Shown here: positions 8,603-16,452 of the stretch, in pieces
Layout: each line of letters starts with the position of its first letter
How positions within the stretch are numbered: position 1 is the stretch's first letter
IMG/VR virus record: IMGVR_UViG_3300035698_029289
Coordinates: 1-64,000 of that record
Reading direction: 5' to 3' (one strand)
From: a virus
DNA: 64,000 bases
Made by a program: the position numbers and the translations under genes
Notes under the pieces: generated by a model
Database searches by the model: none
Told to the model about the DNA's origin: nothing
The model's input: the letters and a program-made list of their open reading frames with translations, nothing else

Positions 8603-8678
8603 GGTCCGAGTTAGGAGATTCGAACTCCTACTATCTGCTTGGAAAGCAGAGATGCTAGCCATTAAACATTAAACTCGG
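8602..8678 (-). tRNA. tRNA-Gly(TCC), atypical C1:G72 and A73
   Basis: TCTGC-TTTCCAA-GCAGA; CCA encoded. Confidence 0.88.
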
Positions 8679-8679
8679 T

Positions 8680-8754
8680 TGGTTGCGAAGCTAGGTTTCG
8701 AACCTAGATTACGAAGGCCAGAACCTCGCGTACTACCAGTTATACTACCTCGCA
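8680..8754 (-). tRNA. tRNA-Gln(CTG)
   Basis: CGAGG-TTCTGGC-CTTCG; U1:A72; CCA. Confidence 0.9.
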
Positions 8755-9251
8755 TTATATTTTTTGTTTCTACCAGAAAAGGTTGGTGTTTGGCTATTGC
8801 AGTTTGGGCAAAGCAACCTAAGGTTTTCTAGTCTATTATCGTTTTTAATTCCGTTGATATGGTCTAAAACTAACACTAAAGGTTTCCCTCGCCATTCGGG
8901 TTTAAGCCTACAGTCGGAATTTGCACACTTGTTTTCAAGCAACCCCGCCCTAAAAAGCCTAATTTTGAGACGCCATCGATTACTATAGGTAGAGTTTCTA
9001 ACAAGTATTTCCTCGAGTGGGCGTCCACTGTTAGGGAATTTTCTTCCTTTGTTGCTATTTAGGCCTGTTGGAATGTGCGAATAATCAACTTTGTCTGATT
9101 TAAGCCTTGTTTTTAATGTTCTAATATTCCCACCGATATTATTGAGTTTAAAATGTTGTAGTATAGCAGAAAAAGTTTTGCTTTTAACAACAAGTTTTTC
9201 CAATTCACTTTTTGGAATTTTCCATATTGGACTTCGTTTTCTCCTATTCAT
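8745..9251 (-). CDS. HNH endonuclease
   Basis: LVLDHINGIKNDNRLENLRLLCPNCNSQT; own promoter TTGACA(9286)-17-TACCAT(9263). Confidence 0.92.
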   Translation of the reverse strand: MNRRKRSPIWKIPKSELEKLVVKSKTFSAILQHFKLNNIGGNIRTLKTRLKSDKVDYSHIPTGLNSNKGRKFPNSGRPLEEILVRNSTYSNRWRLKIRLFRAGLLENKCANSDCRLKPEWRGKPLVLVLDHINGIKNDNRLENLRLLCPNCNSQTPTFSGRNKKYNAR

Positions 9252-9307
9252 ACTAAAATGGTAACATATCTTAATAGACTTGTCAAGAACCTACCATTTT
9301 AGTTCTA

Positions 9308-9383
9308 TGGTTGCCAGACTAGGATTTGAACCTAGAATTTGCAACTTCAAGGGCTGCCGTGTTACCGATTACACTACCTGGCA
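9308..9383 (-). tRNA. tRNA-Gln(TTG), C33 variant
   Basis: GCAGC-CCTTGAA-GTTGC; U1:A72; CCA. Confidence 0.87.
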
Positions 9384-9384
9384 T

Positions 9385-9461
9385 TGGCGGCACGAGACAG
9401 GAATCGAACCTGTATTCTCTCGTTTTGGAGACGAGTGCTTTCCCAGTTAAGCTACCCGGCC
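9385..9461 (-). tRNA. tRNA-Trp(CCA)
   Basis: CTCGT-CTCCAAA-ACGAG; G73 and CCA; one bulged base in acceptor stem. Confidence 0.9.
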
Positions 9462-9468
9462 TTATTTG

Positions 9469-9598
9469 TGGGGATAACAGAGTTGTAGCTGCCAGTGTGC
9501 CTCACTATCACTCCCTTGATGTACAATCCAAAATACTTACAACGAAGTGTAAGATTTAACACTCGCACTTCCGGTCTGTTTTAAAGACGCTATCCCCA
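9469..9598 (-). ncRNA. putative structured RNA B
   Basis: 10-bp closing stem TGGGGATAGC/GTTATCCCCA plus internal hairpins, inside tRNA operon. Confidence 0.5.
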
Positions 9599-9609
9599 TT
9601 AAGCGGTCA

Positions 9610-9711
9610 ATTGACTGCTTAGTGAGACGAGCAATGGATTTTATGCTAGAAATGGGCCAAGAGACCAAAATCCCTCTGCTCCACCAACCTCCGCCTCACT
9701 AAATTGTCAAT
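9610..9711 (-). ncRNA. putative rod-shaped RNA A
   Basis: TTGAC..TTAGTGAGGCG / CGTCTCACTAA..GTCAA, then GAGCA..GGATTTT / AAAATCC..TGCTC. Confidence 0.5.
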
Positions 9712-9713
9712 GT

Positions 9714-9787
9714 TGGCTCCAAGGCTGGGAATCGAACCCAGAACCAGTGATTAACAGTCACGCGTGATACCGTTTCACCACCCTGGA
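9714..9787 (-). tRNA. tRNA-Asn(GTT)
   Basis: GTGA-CTGTTAA-TCAC; U1:A72; G73 and CCA. Confidence 0.93.
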
Positions 9788-9805
9788 ATATTTCCTACTA
9801 ATCAA

Positions 9806-9834
9806 AGAATAGACAACTTTTAGTGTCTTGTCAA
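9806..9834 (-). promoter_or_regulatory. sigma70 promoter of tRNA operon
   Basis: TTGACA(9834-9829)-17 nt-TATTCT(9811-9806). Confidence 0.7.
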
Positions 9835-10799
9835 GTGTTCTTTTTTTTGGTTAAAGCAAGATGAATAACTTTATTCTTAAATATCGTTGCTTCTCCCAAA
9901 TAGTCGCCCATTTCTAGTCCTACGGTTTTGCCATTTTTGTCTTTGAAAAGATTTTTCTGACCGAAATCCAAACCGAGAACTTTTCGGGCGGTTGCCCGTG
10001 CCTTGCTTGATTTGTATTCAAAGACAGAATCTTTGTCTTCAAGATATTTGGCCAAGGTTTCATTTTCTTTGTTCAGGACTGCTTTAGAAATTGCTGTCCA
10101 AGAATCGGCCAAATCAAAACATTCAATGGCTTCCACTCCATCGACGGAAATCAAAACCAAACCAGTTTGCCAGTCGAGTTTCGGCACTGCCTTAATAATC
10201 TTCTCAATGGACTTAGAAAATGTTTTCATGCTTTGAGCTAGGTCATCTGCCTTTATGTCTCCGATGGTATCTTCAAGATTTTCTTTTACAAATGATGAGG
10301 CCATCATGGTATGACTATAATTCATCGCAGCGTTCCAAACATTGGCTTGAGCATTGCCAAGCCCACCTCCACCACTTGTTTTATATAATGTTCGTTCAAC
10401 AGAAGAAGGAGTAATTCCTCCAACATCCATCGCGGCTCCAGAAAAGATTCCTTTGCTCTGGTGGACACAAACCACCTTGATTTCGGCAGTTTCTTCAGGC
10501 ATTACTATCCTACTAAGCACCGCCGCTCTTTCTTGCGTTTGTCCTTTGAATATCTCTCCAGCCCTGACGAAAAGAGGCTTCTTGTCATTGTTGGTGACAA
10601 AAACCTGATTAATGCTCCCCGAGTCTTTGATTTTGACTTTTTTGGCTTCAGAAAGAGTTATGTAGTTTCTTTTTGCCTTTGATTTATTGAGAATCGGCAA
10701 TATCGCAAAGAGCGAGTCTTTGTTATATCGCCAAGGCTTGCCGAACTCAAAACCTTTCTTTTCCCCTTTGATTGCTTCTAAAAATTGATTAATTTTCAT
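9831..10799 (-). CDS. ARPP-1/DUF6569-like protein
   Basis: GSINQVFVTNNDKKPLFVRAGEIFKGQTQER...IKVVCVHQ...QANVWN pattern and terminal VIHL. Confidence 0.7.
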   Translation of the reverse strand: MKINQFLEAIKGEKKGFEFGKPWRYNKDSLFAILPILNKSKAKRNYITLSEAKKVKIKDSGSINQVFVTNNDKKPLFVRAGEIFKGQTQERAAVLSRIVMPEETAEIKVVCVHQSKGIFSGAAMDVGGITPSSVERTLYKTSGGGGLGNAQANVWNAAMNYSHTMMASSFVKENLEDTIGDIKADDLAQSMKTFSKSIEKIIKAVPKLDWQTGLVLISVDGVEAIECFDLADSWTAISKAVLNKENETLAKYLEDKDSVFEYKSSKARATARKVLGLDFGQKNLFKDKNGKTVGLEMGDYLGEATIFKNKVIHLALTKKKNT

Positions 10800-11146
10800 T
10801 TATTTTCACCCCCCCTCTTTTCTAAAAACTTCTCCAAATACTTAATACGGTCTTTTTCTAATACCATTTGTTGAAGGTGATAAGCCCATGGTTCTGCCTC
10901 TGATTCTATTACACCACCAATGGGATTGACTTGTTTAACTGTTTTTGTTTTTCCCCAAAAAGCCTTAGCAAAGGAAGGGGAGAAATAAAATCTTTCGCCC
11001 AAAGACATCCCATCGCTTAGTATCCATTTTCCAGTATGTGCATCCCAATCAACTGATATTGGAAAACTTTTATCCAAATCAATATCCCACCCATTCTTAA
11101 CGGCTTTCTCTATTGCTAGTTTTAGTATCTGTTCGTTAGTCATCAT
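10796..11146 (-). CDS. conserved phage hypothetical protein
   Basis: ILKLAIEKAVKNGW...FAKAFWG...WAYHLQQMVL. Confidence 0.75.
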   Translation of the reverse strand: MMTNEQILKLAIEKAVKNGWDIDLDKSFPISVDWDAHTGKWILSDGMSLGERFYFSPSFAKAFWGKTKTVKQVNPIGGVIESEAEPWAYHLQQMVLEKDRIKYLEKFLEKRGGENK

Positions 11147-11343
11147 TCACACCCACAAGTTCTTTTATAAACATTATGCAAGGGACACATTTCAAGATTA
11201 GTTGAGGGAGAAGAAAATTTCTCCATTTTGGCAGTTGTAGTGAGGAAGCCAATGGTTTGACCATGACAAGTGACTTCAACTGGGGCATTGTCAAATATTT
11301 TCCGGGAACTTTTTTGAAGTTCTCTCATAGATATGCGTTTCAT
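11143..11343 (-). CDS. Phd/YefM-like DNA-binding protein with C-terminal Cys/His cluster
   Basis: ISMRELQKSSRKIFDNAPVEVTCHGQTIGFL resembles the Phd fold; CPLH...CGC. Confidence 0.55.
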   Translation of the reverse strand: MKRISMRELQKSSRKIFDNAPVEVTCHGQTIGFLTTTAKMEKFSSPSTNLEMCPLHNVYKRTCGCE

Positions 11344-11352
11344 ATTTTACAT

Positions 11353-11435
11353 ATATTATCACTTATATTTTCTCTTGTCAACCCCCAATCTAACTATAAA
11401 ACAATTTTGACAAATTGAGTTTTTTGTTTTATATT
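11353..11435. promoter_or_regulatory. divergent sigma70 promoter pair
   Basis: Leftward TTGACA(11381)-17-TAATAT; rightward TTGACA(11408) then TATATT about 11430. Confidence 0.6.
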
Positions 11436-11442
11436 ATTAATT

Positions 11443-11949
11443 ATGGAAGAGCTGAAGGACTACCTCATTGAAAGCTTCAATGCTGGTGACACGGCTTCTG
11501 ATTGTGCAAGGCAACTAAATTTCTCCCGTCAATATATTCACCAATTGATTCGTTTTTTTGAAATTGACTATCGTAAATACCTTAGGAGGTGGAGGAAGGC
11601 TCGCCACAAGCCAAAGAAAAGGAATTGTGAGTTATGCAATCGGCGATTCATTGTCAATAAAAACGGGGCTACGGTTAAATTTTGTTCGAAAGAATGCAAA
11701 AAGGAGTTTGATAGGGCTTATAGAAGAGTACAAATGAAAGTCTATCTGAAAGTTTATCGTCAAACCGAAAAATTCAAGAAATATCGAAAAAAAGTCCAAA
11801 AGAGGAAATATGAGCGACGAAACTGGGCAATTACCAGAATATGTCCCGTTTGCTTACAGGAATTTCATCCACGACTTGTTAATTTGAAAATGAAGTATTG
11901 TTCGCATGATTGTTATTATTCTCGGGGAAAAGTTGACAACTCAAGTTGA
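11443..11949 (+). CDS. HTH plus Zn-finger putative regulator
   Basis: TASDCARQLNFSRQYIHQL HTH; two CxxC...(F/Y)CSxxC fingers. Confidence 0.7.
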   Translation: MEELKDYLIESFNAGDTASDCARQLNFSRQYIHQLIRFFEIDYRKYLRRWRKARHKPKKRNCELCNRRFIVNKNGATVKFCSKECKKEFDRAYRRVQMKVYLKVYRQTEKFKKYRKKVQKRKYERRNWAITRICPVCLQEFHPRLVNLKMKYCSHDCYYSRGKVDNSS

Positions 11950-11973
11950 TGTGATATATTATAGGAATTAACC

Positions 11974-12342
11974 ATGAAATTCTCGCTTCCAGAATTCCTC
12001 AAACGACACAAACACGATTGGGAGTTGGTTGCCAAAACTGTTTCTGAACCCAAAAATATTTCCACTAATAACTTAACCACAAGTTTTTCTCAAGATTTCT
12101 TGGATAAATTGATTTTCGGAATGACTACGTATGTTTGGGAGTGTGTGGAGTGTGGTGCAACAAGGAAACAAGAGTGTCTGGGGACTGAAAATACTTCCCT
12201 GGACGAAATTCTTGATAGGGTGGATAGTTACGGTAGCCAGCAGGTTGCTAGGGGGAACAAGCAGTATGTGGTTGTCCACCGCTCACCTCAACCACACCCC
12301 ATTAATCCGATGCCACAAAGGCTTCCAATTAGAAAACAATGA
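11974..12342 (+). CDS. Zn-ribbon hypothetical protein
   Basis: HKHDW...CVECG; upstream TTGACA(11933)-17-TATATT. Confidence 0.65.
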   Translation: MKFSLPEFLKRHKHDWELVAKTVSEPKNISTNNLTTSFSQDFLDKLIFGMTTYVWECVECGATRKQECLGTENTSLDEILDRVDSYGSQQVARGNKQYVVVHRSPQPHPINPMPQRLPIRKQ

Positions 12343-12351
12343 TAGCAAAAC

Positions 12352-12852
12352 ATGCCCACAAAGAAGATTAAAAAAGACCTTCGGAATATATCTTCACTCA
12401 AGCTATGGAGCAAAAACCCTCGTTATATCAAAAAAGAAGATTTCAAGCGCCTCAAAAAATCCATCAAAAAATTCGGGCAATTTAAGCCCATTATTATTAC
12501 CAGTGAGGGTGTTATCGTTGGTGGAAACATGAGATTGCGGGCGATGAGGGAATTGGGTATCAAGAAGATTTGGGTTTCAGAAATAGATGTTCAGACAACA
12601 AGCGAGATTTTGAAAATTTCTCTTTTGGACAATGAGGGTTTCGGCAAATATGACGAAGAAGCCCTGGCGGAACTTCTTTCGCAAGAGACCATTGACATTC
12701 CGCTAGAAGATTATAAGATAAATGTTGGGAAAAACATCAACCTGCAAAAAGTGCTCGACAAGTTTGCTCCGTCGGGGGAAGACATTTTGGATGACATAGA
12801 AGAACCGGAAATGATTACTTGCCCGAAGTGTGGGCATAAATTTGAACCATGA
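12352..12852 (+). CDS. ParB-like nuclease domain protein
   Basis: KNPRYI...LKKSIKKFG..KPIII....IVGGNMRLRA; C-terminal CPKCGHKF. Confidence 0.88.
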   Translation: MPTKKIKKDLRNISSLKLWSKNPRYIKKEDFKRLKKSIKKFGQFKPIIITSEGVIVGGNMRLRAMRELGIKKIWVSEIDVQTTSEILKISLLDNEGFGKYDEEALAELLSQETIDIPLEDYKINVGKNINLQKVLDKFAPSGEDILDDIEEPEMITCPKCGHKFEP

Positions 12853-13006
12853 AACAACACAAAGTGAAATTTAGAAAATGTCGTTTTTGTAAAAAGAAGG
12901 TTGAAAATGGACCAGGACTTCATATTGTTCTTGATTTTAAGAAAAAAAGTACGGAATTTTATCATTTAGGTTGTGCTATAAAGAATAATTTAATGTGGGG
13001 AAAAGA

Positions 13007-13390
13007 ATGAAACAACACATAACTAAAACCCAGCTAAATGAATTGAGTGAGAAGGGGAAGGAGAGGCTGAGGAAGTGGTGGATTAAAAGACATCTTAAGA
13101 ATGTAGATGAGTTAAGGATTACAATTTTTGGTAAGGGTGATAAAAAAGAAGCTCAAGATAATCATGATAAAAAAATGGCACAGAGAGAATATCAAGAGCA
13201 TGGTAGGTTTCTCTCCGTCGGAATGATGATAGAGTTTTTGGATGAGAAATATAAAAAGAATCCTTGGCCTGATTTCTGGGATGATAGAAAGGAAAACAGA
13301 AGAATTGATGAAATTGATGTAATAATTTCTTGGAAAGATGAACTCTGTGATGCCCTGTTTTTGGCTGTGAAAGAAGTATTAGAAAAATGA
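13007..13390 (+). CDS. conserved phage hypothetical protein
   Basis: MKQHIT..QLNELS...LSVGMMIEFL...ELCDALF.AVKEVL. Confidence 0.7.
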   Translation: MKQHITKTQLNELSEKGKERLRKWWIKRHLKNVDELRITIFGKGDKKEAQDNHDKKMAQREYQEHGRFLSVGMMIEFLDEKYKKNPWPDFWDDRKENRRIDEIDVIISWKDELCDALFLAVKEVLEK

Positions 13391-13905
13391 AGAAAAAGAA
13401 AGCAAGAACTAAGCCCTATGTTCGACCATACACAAGAACGGCAGTTTTACTTCCCAAAACTCAAAGATATAACTGGCTCGTCATGAAAAAGACTTTCCTT
13501 GCCGATCCAACAATTTCTCTCACCGACCTTGCGAAGAAATACAAAGTTTCTCAAAAGACTCTTCTCAATAAAGCTCGAAGAGAAAGATGGATGGCTTTGC
13601 GTGAAGAAATTCAGAAAAGAGCAGAGGAAAGAATGATTAGGGCAACAGAGGAAAAGCTCTCTGAGGTTAAAATGAGACATTCTCAAATCGGTAAAATGCT
13701 TCAACATGAAGGAGTAAAGGCTATTCGTAAAGGGAAAGGGCCTAAAACTCCAAAACAAGCCCTAAAATTCACAACGGAAGGGGTGAGAATTGAAAGGGAG
13801 GCTGAGGGTGTGGAGAAAAGAGGACCGGCTATCGTCAACATTGTTCAACAACAAAAAGCGGTTGTAGACAAATACAGATTTGAAGAAGGTGAGGTGGTGG
13901 AGTGA
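13387..13905 (+). CDS. putative terminase small subunit
   Basis: HTH (SLTDLAKKYKVSQKTL...ERW) plus helical oligomerisation region, upstream of large terminase. Confidence 0.65.
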   Translation: MKKKKARTKPYVRPYTRTAVLLPKTQRYNWLVMKKTFLADPTISLTDLAKKYKVSQKTLLNKARRERWMALREEIQKRAEERMIRATEEKLSEVKMRHSQIGKMLQHEGVKAIRKGKGPKTPKQALKFTTEGVRIEREAEGVEKRGPAIVNIVQQQKAVVDKYRFEEGEVVE

Positions 13906-14645
13906 AAGAAACTAGGGATAGAAAAATAGTAAGGAAACTCATTGATGACTATGGAGAGGAGTTTGTTGAGAAAGTGTGGCCCAAATTGCCGGGAAGCGAG
14001 TATGGCAACTTGGAAAGCATGGTTCTTTATTGTTTTTTGCGTCACTATAAGCCGAAGTATGTTTTGGAAGTAGGAACAGAGGTTCATGGTCGGACGACAC
14101 ACATTGTTCATAAAGCTCTTTTGGCTAATGGCGAATTTCAAAAACACATCATGTCCGACTTGGAGGGGAAAGTAGAAAAGGCTTTCGGGAATTTATGTCG
14201 AGATTTGCCGGTTAACCAGGAAAAGGTTAAGCTCTTGTCGGGGGTGATTCAACAGACTTTCAGAAAAATTGATCTTTCTATGGTCGATTTCTTGCTTATT
14301 GATGCCGATCACCAGCGAGATTTTGCAACTTTTTACCTAGATGAACTTATTCCGCCGTTGGAAGACGGAACTTATGTTCATATCCATGATGTTAATTTGT
14401 CCGGGAATTGGAGTTGGAGGCCTGCTCCAGACAGTGAAGTCGAAGAATTTCTTGAGCGCAGGTCAAAGGGGCGATTTCCTTTGAAAAAACTTTTCTGGTT
14501 GGAAGACTGGTGCATTAATCTAAAATATGTAGACAACAGAAATAAGATTAATGAACGCTTTCCTTTTATTGGGTCGTTTTCGGAATCGGAAACTGGGCTT
14601 CCTTATTCAAGTTCTGCATCCTATTGGGAGAAACTGGGAAAATGA
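13902..14645 (+). CDS. class I SAM-dependent methyltransferase (Methyltransf_24-like)
   Basis: VLEVGT, DFLLIDADH, VHIHD motifs. Confidence 0.85.
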   Translation: MKETRDRKIVRKLIDDYGEEFVEKVWPKLPGSEYGNLESMVLYCFLRHYKPKYVLEVGTEVHGRTTHIVHKALLANGEFQKHIMSDLEGKVEKAFGNLCRDLPVNQEKVKLLSGVIQQTFRKIDLSMVDFLLIDADHQRDFATFYLDELIPPLEDGTYVHIHDVNLSGNWSWRPAPDSEVEEFLERRSKGRFPLKKLFWLEDWCINLKYVDNRNKINERFPFIGSFSESETGLPYSSSASYWEKLGK

Positions 14646-14938
14646 GTAAAATATCCAAGGGAAATTATTATGAAAATAAAGCACGCGATACTTTGAGAAA
14701 GTGGGGGTATAAAGTTGAGAAGCCAGTGAGGACAAAATTCAGTCGCAAAGATTTTTTCGATTTATTCGATCTTTTTGCCATCCGCGAACTTGATGCCAAG
14801 TTAATCCAAGTGAAACTCAATAGGTGGCCATCAGGAGAACTCGTCCGTAAATTGAGGGCTTTTAAACATCCGAGAGGCATTAAGATTGAGGCGTGGCGAT
14901 ACAAAAAGCACAAAGGTTTTAGCATAAGGGAATATTGA
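14642..14938 (+). CDS. PD-(D/E)xK nuclease, Holliday junction resolvase-like
   Basis: KGNYYE..ARD.L..WGY, DFFDLFDLFA, LIQVK. Confidence 0.8.
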   Translation: MSKISKGNYYENKARDTLRKWGYKVEKPVRTKFSRKDFFDLFDLFAIRELDAKLIQVKLNRWPSGELVRKLRAFKHPRGIKIEAWRYKKHKGFSIREY

Positions 14939-15814
14939 ATGGTAATTAATCGCAAGAAATTCATTGAGGAACAATTTTTGATTCTCAGCAAAGAGAATAA
15001 GGTGGTTCCATTTCATTTTTGGCCCGTTCAAGAAAAGTATTATAATATGTTGGTTGGTGATTATGGGCCGGAATTAAAAGGAACAAGGGAGATCATTTTG
15101 AAGGCAAGGCAGCAGGGATTTTCAGCTTTGGTTCTAGCACTTTTCACAGTCGATTTTATTACTAACCCGAACAGTGTTTCAATTTGTATTTCCCATAGGA
15201 AGGATGCCACTCAAATGTTGTTCAAGCGCGTGAAGTTTTTTCTTGAGAGCTATTGTAATAAACACAAGTGGGATATTAAGAGATATTTAGCGACTGATAG
15301 CAAAAACGAGATAGAGAATAGGACAAATAATGCCTATTTTTATATTGGTACAGCTGGATCGAAGGTTGGTGGCAGAGGAGGAACTGTGCAAAATATACAT
15401 TTTTCCGAGGGTGCGTATTATTTGGACACCGACAGAATCACGGCCAGAGAAATGATTGAAGGAACGAGTCAACAGGTTGCTCAGGGAACTGGAATAATTT
15501 TTATTGAATCCACAGCCAATGGTTATGGGAACTATTATCAGCATGTTTGGGAAAAGGCAAAGAGGGGAGAAAGCACTTATAGGCCAAGATTCTTTAGTTG
15601 GGAGGAGTTTTATGACAAAGAATGGGTTGAAAAGAAAAGGGGCGACTTTGAATCGGAAGCAATGTGGAAGCAAGAATATCCTCTGACAGCTCGAGAGGCA
15701 TTCATTTCCTCTGGAACTCCATTTTTCGATCATGCTGTATTAGAAAAATTATTGGAAAAACAGGTTGAACCAATAAAAATGGGAAGGCTTGCCCAGGATG
15801 GGCAGTGGATTTAA
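14939..15814 (+). CDS. terL: terminase large subunit, ATPase domain
   Basis: LKARQQGFS Walker A, IHFSE Walker B, ESTANG coupling motif, WKQEYP. Confidence 0.92.
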   Translation: MVINRKKFIEEQFLILSKENKVVPFHFWPVQEKYYNMLVGDYGPELKGTREIILKARQQGFSALVLALFTVDFITNPNSVSICISHRKDATQMLFKRVKFFLESYCNKHKWDIKRYLATDSKNEIENRTNNAYFYIGTAGSKVGGRGGTVQNIHFSEGAYYLDTDRITAREMIEGTSQQVAQGTGIIFIESTANGYGNYYQHVWEKAKRGESTYRPRFFSWEEFYDKEWVEKKRGDFESEAMWKQEYPLTAREAFISSGTPFFDHAVLEKLLEKQVEPIKMGRLAQDGQWI

Positions 15815-16452
15815 TGGCAAAATTACCACTGAAAGATCCATTTCGACTCTACCGCCAATTGGAGGATGGTGAACAATTTTGTATCTTTGGCGATCCAGCA
15901 GAGGGAAGAGATTTTTGTGCAGCAGCAGTGGTCAGTAAAAGACATGGAGATTTTCCCTTAATTTATAATAATCGCACAGAAAGCTCTCAATTTGGCTATG
16001 ATATTCATAAAATAGCGAAATATATCCACCGCAAAACTGATTTGTGGCCAATGGTTGCTATTGAAAGAAATGTCGGTGCGGCGACAATCTTTGTTTTGCA
16101 GGAATTGAATTATCCCCGTATGTTCAGAATGCCTGTTTTTGATAGTGCGACTCACAAGGAAACTACCAAAATCGGTTGGCTTACAACAAGGGCGACTCGT
16201 AGCAAAATGTTGAATGATTTTGCCATGGCATTGAGGCAGGGCCAAGCTATGGTTTACGACCAGGAAGCCATCGAGCAAATGTTGGCTTTTGTTTACAAGT
16301 TAGGGCGGGGGCAAATCGAGGCGGGGAAGAAAGATGACTTGGTGATTGCTCACAGTGGAGCATGGCAGCTTTATTTGCTTGTTCCGACCCTCAGTGACGC
16401 AGATGAAGATATAGACTGGGAAGAAGAAAGAAGGAAGTGGAGGTTCAAATAA
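15814..16452 (+). CDS. terminase large subunit, RNase H-like nuclease domain (separate ORF)
   Basis: IFGDPAEGRD, AIERN, GWLTTRATR, KDDLVIA. Confidence 0.9.
   Translation: MAKLPLKDPFRLYRQLEDGEQFCIFGDPAEGRDFCAAAVVSKRHGDFPLIYNNRTESSQFGYDIHKIAKYIHRKTDLWPMVAIERNVGAATIFVLQELNYPRMFRMPVFDSATHKETTKIGWLTTRATRSKMLNDFAMALRQGQAMVYDQEAIEQMLAFVYKLGRGQIEAGKKDDLVIAHSGAWQLYLLVPTLSDADEDIDWEEERRKWRFK

Noticed and set aside
9469-9598. tmRNA or intron-containing tRNA
   Set aside because: No G3:U70, no canonical T-loop, no tag frame, too short; kept only as an unassigned RNA
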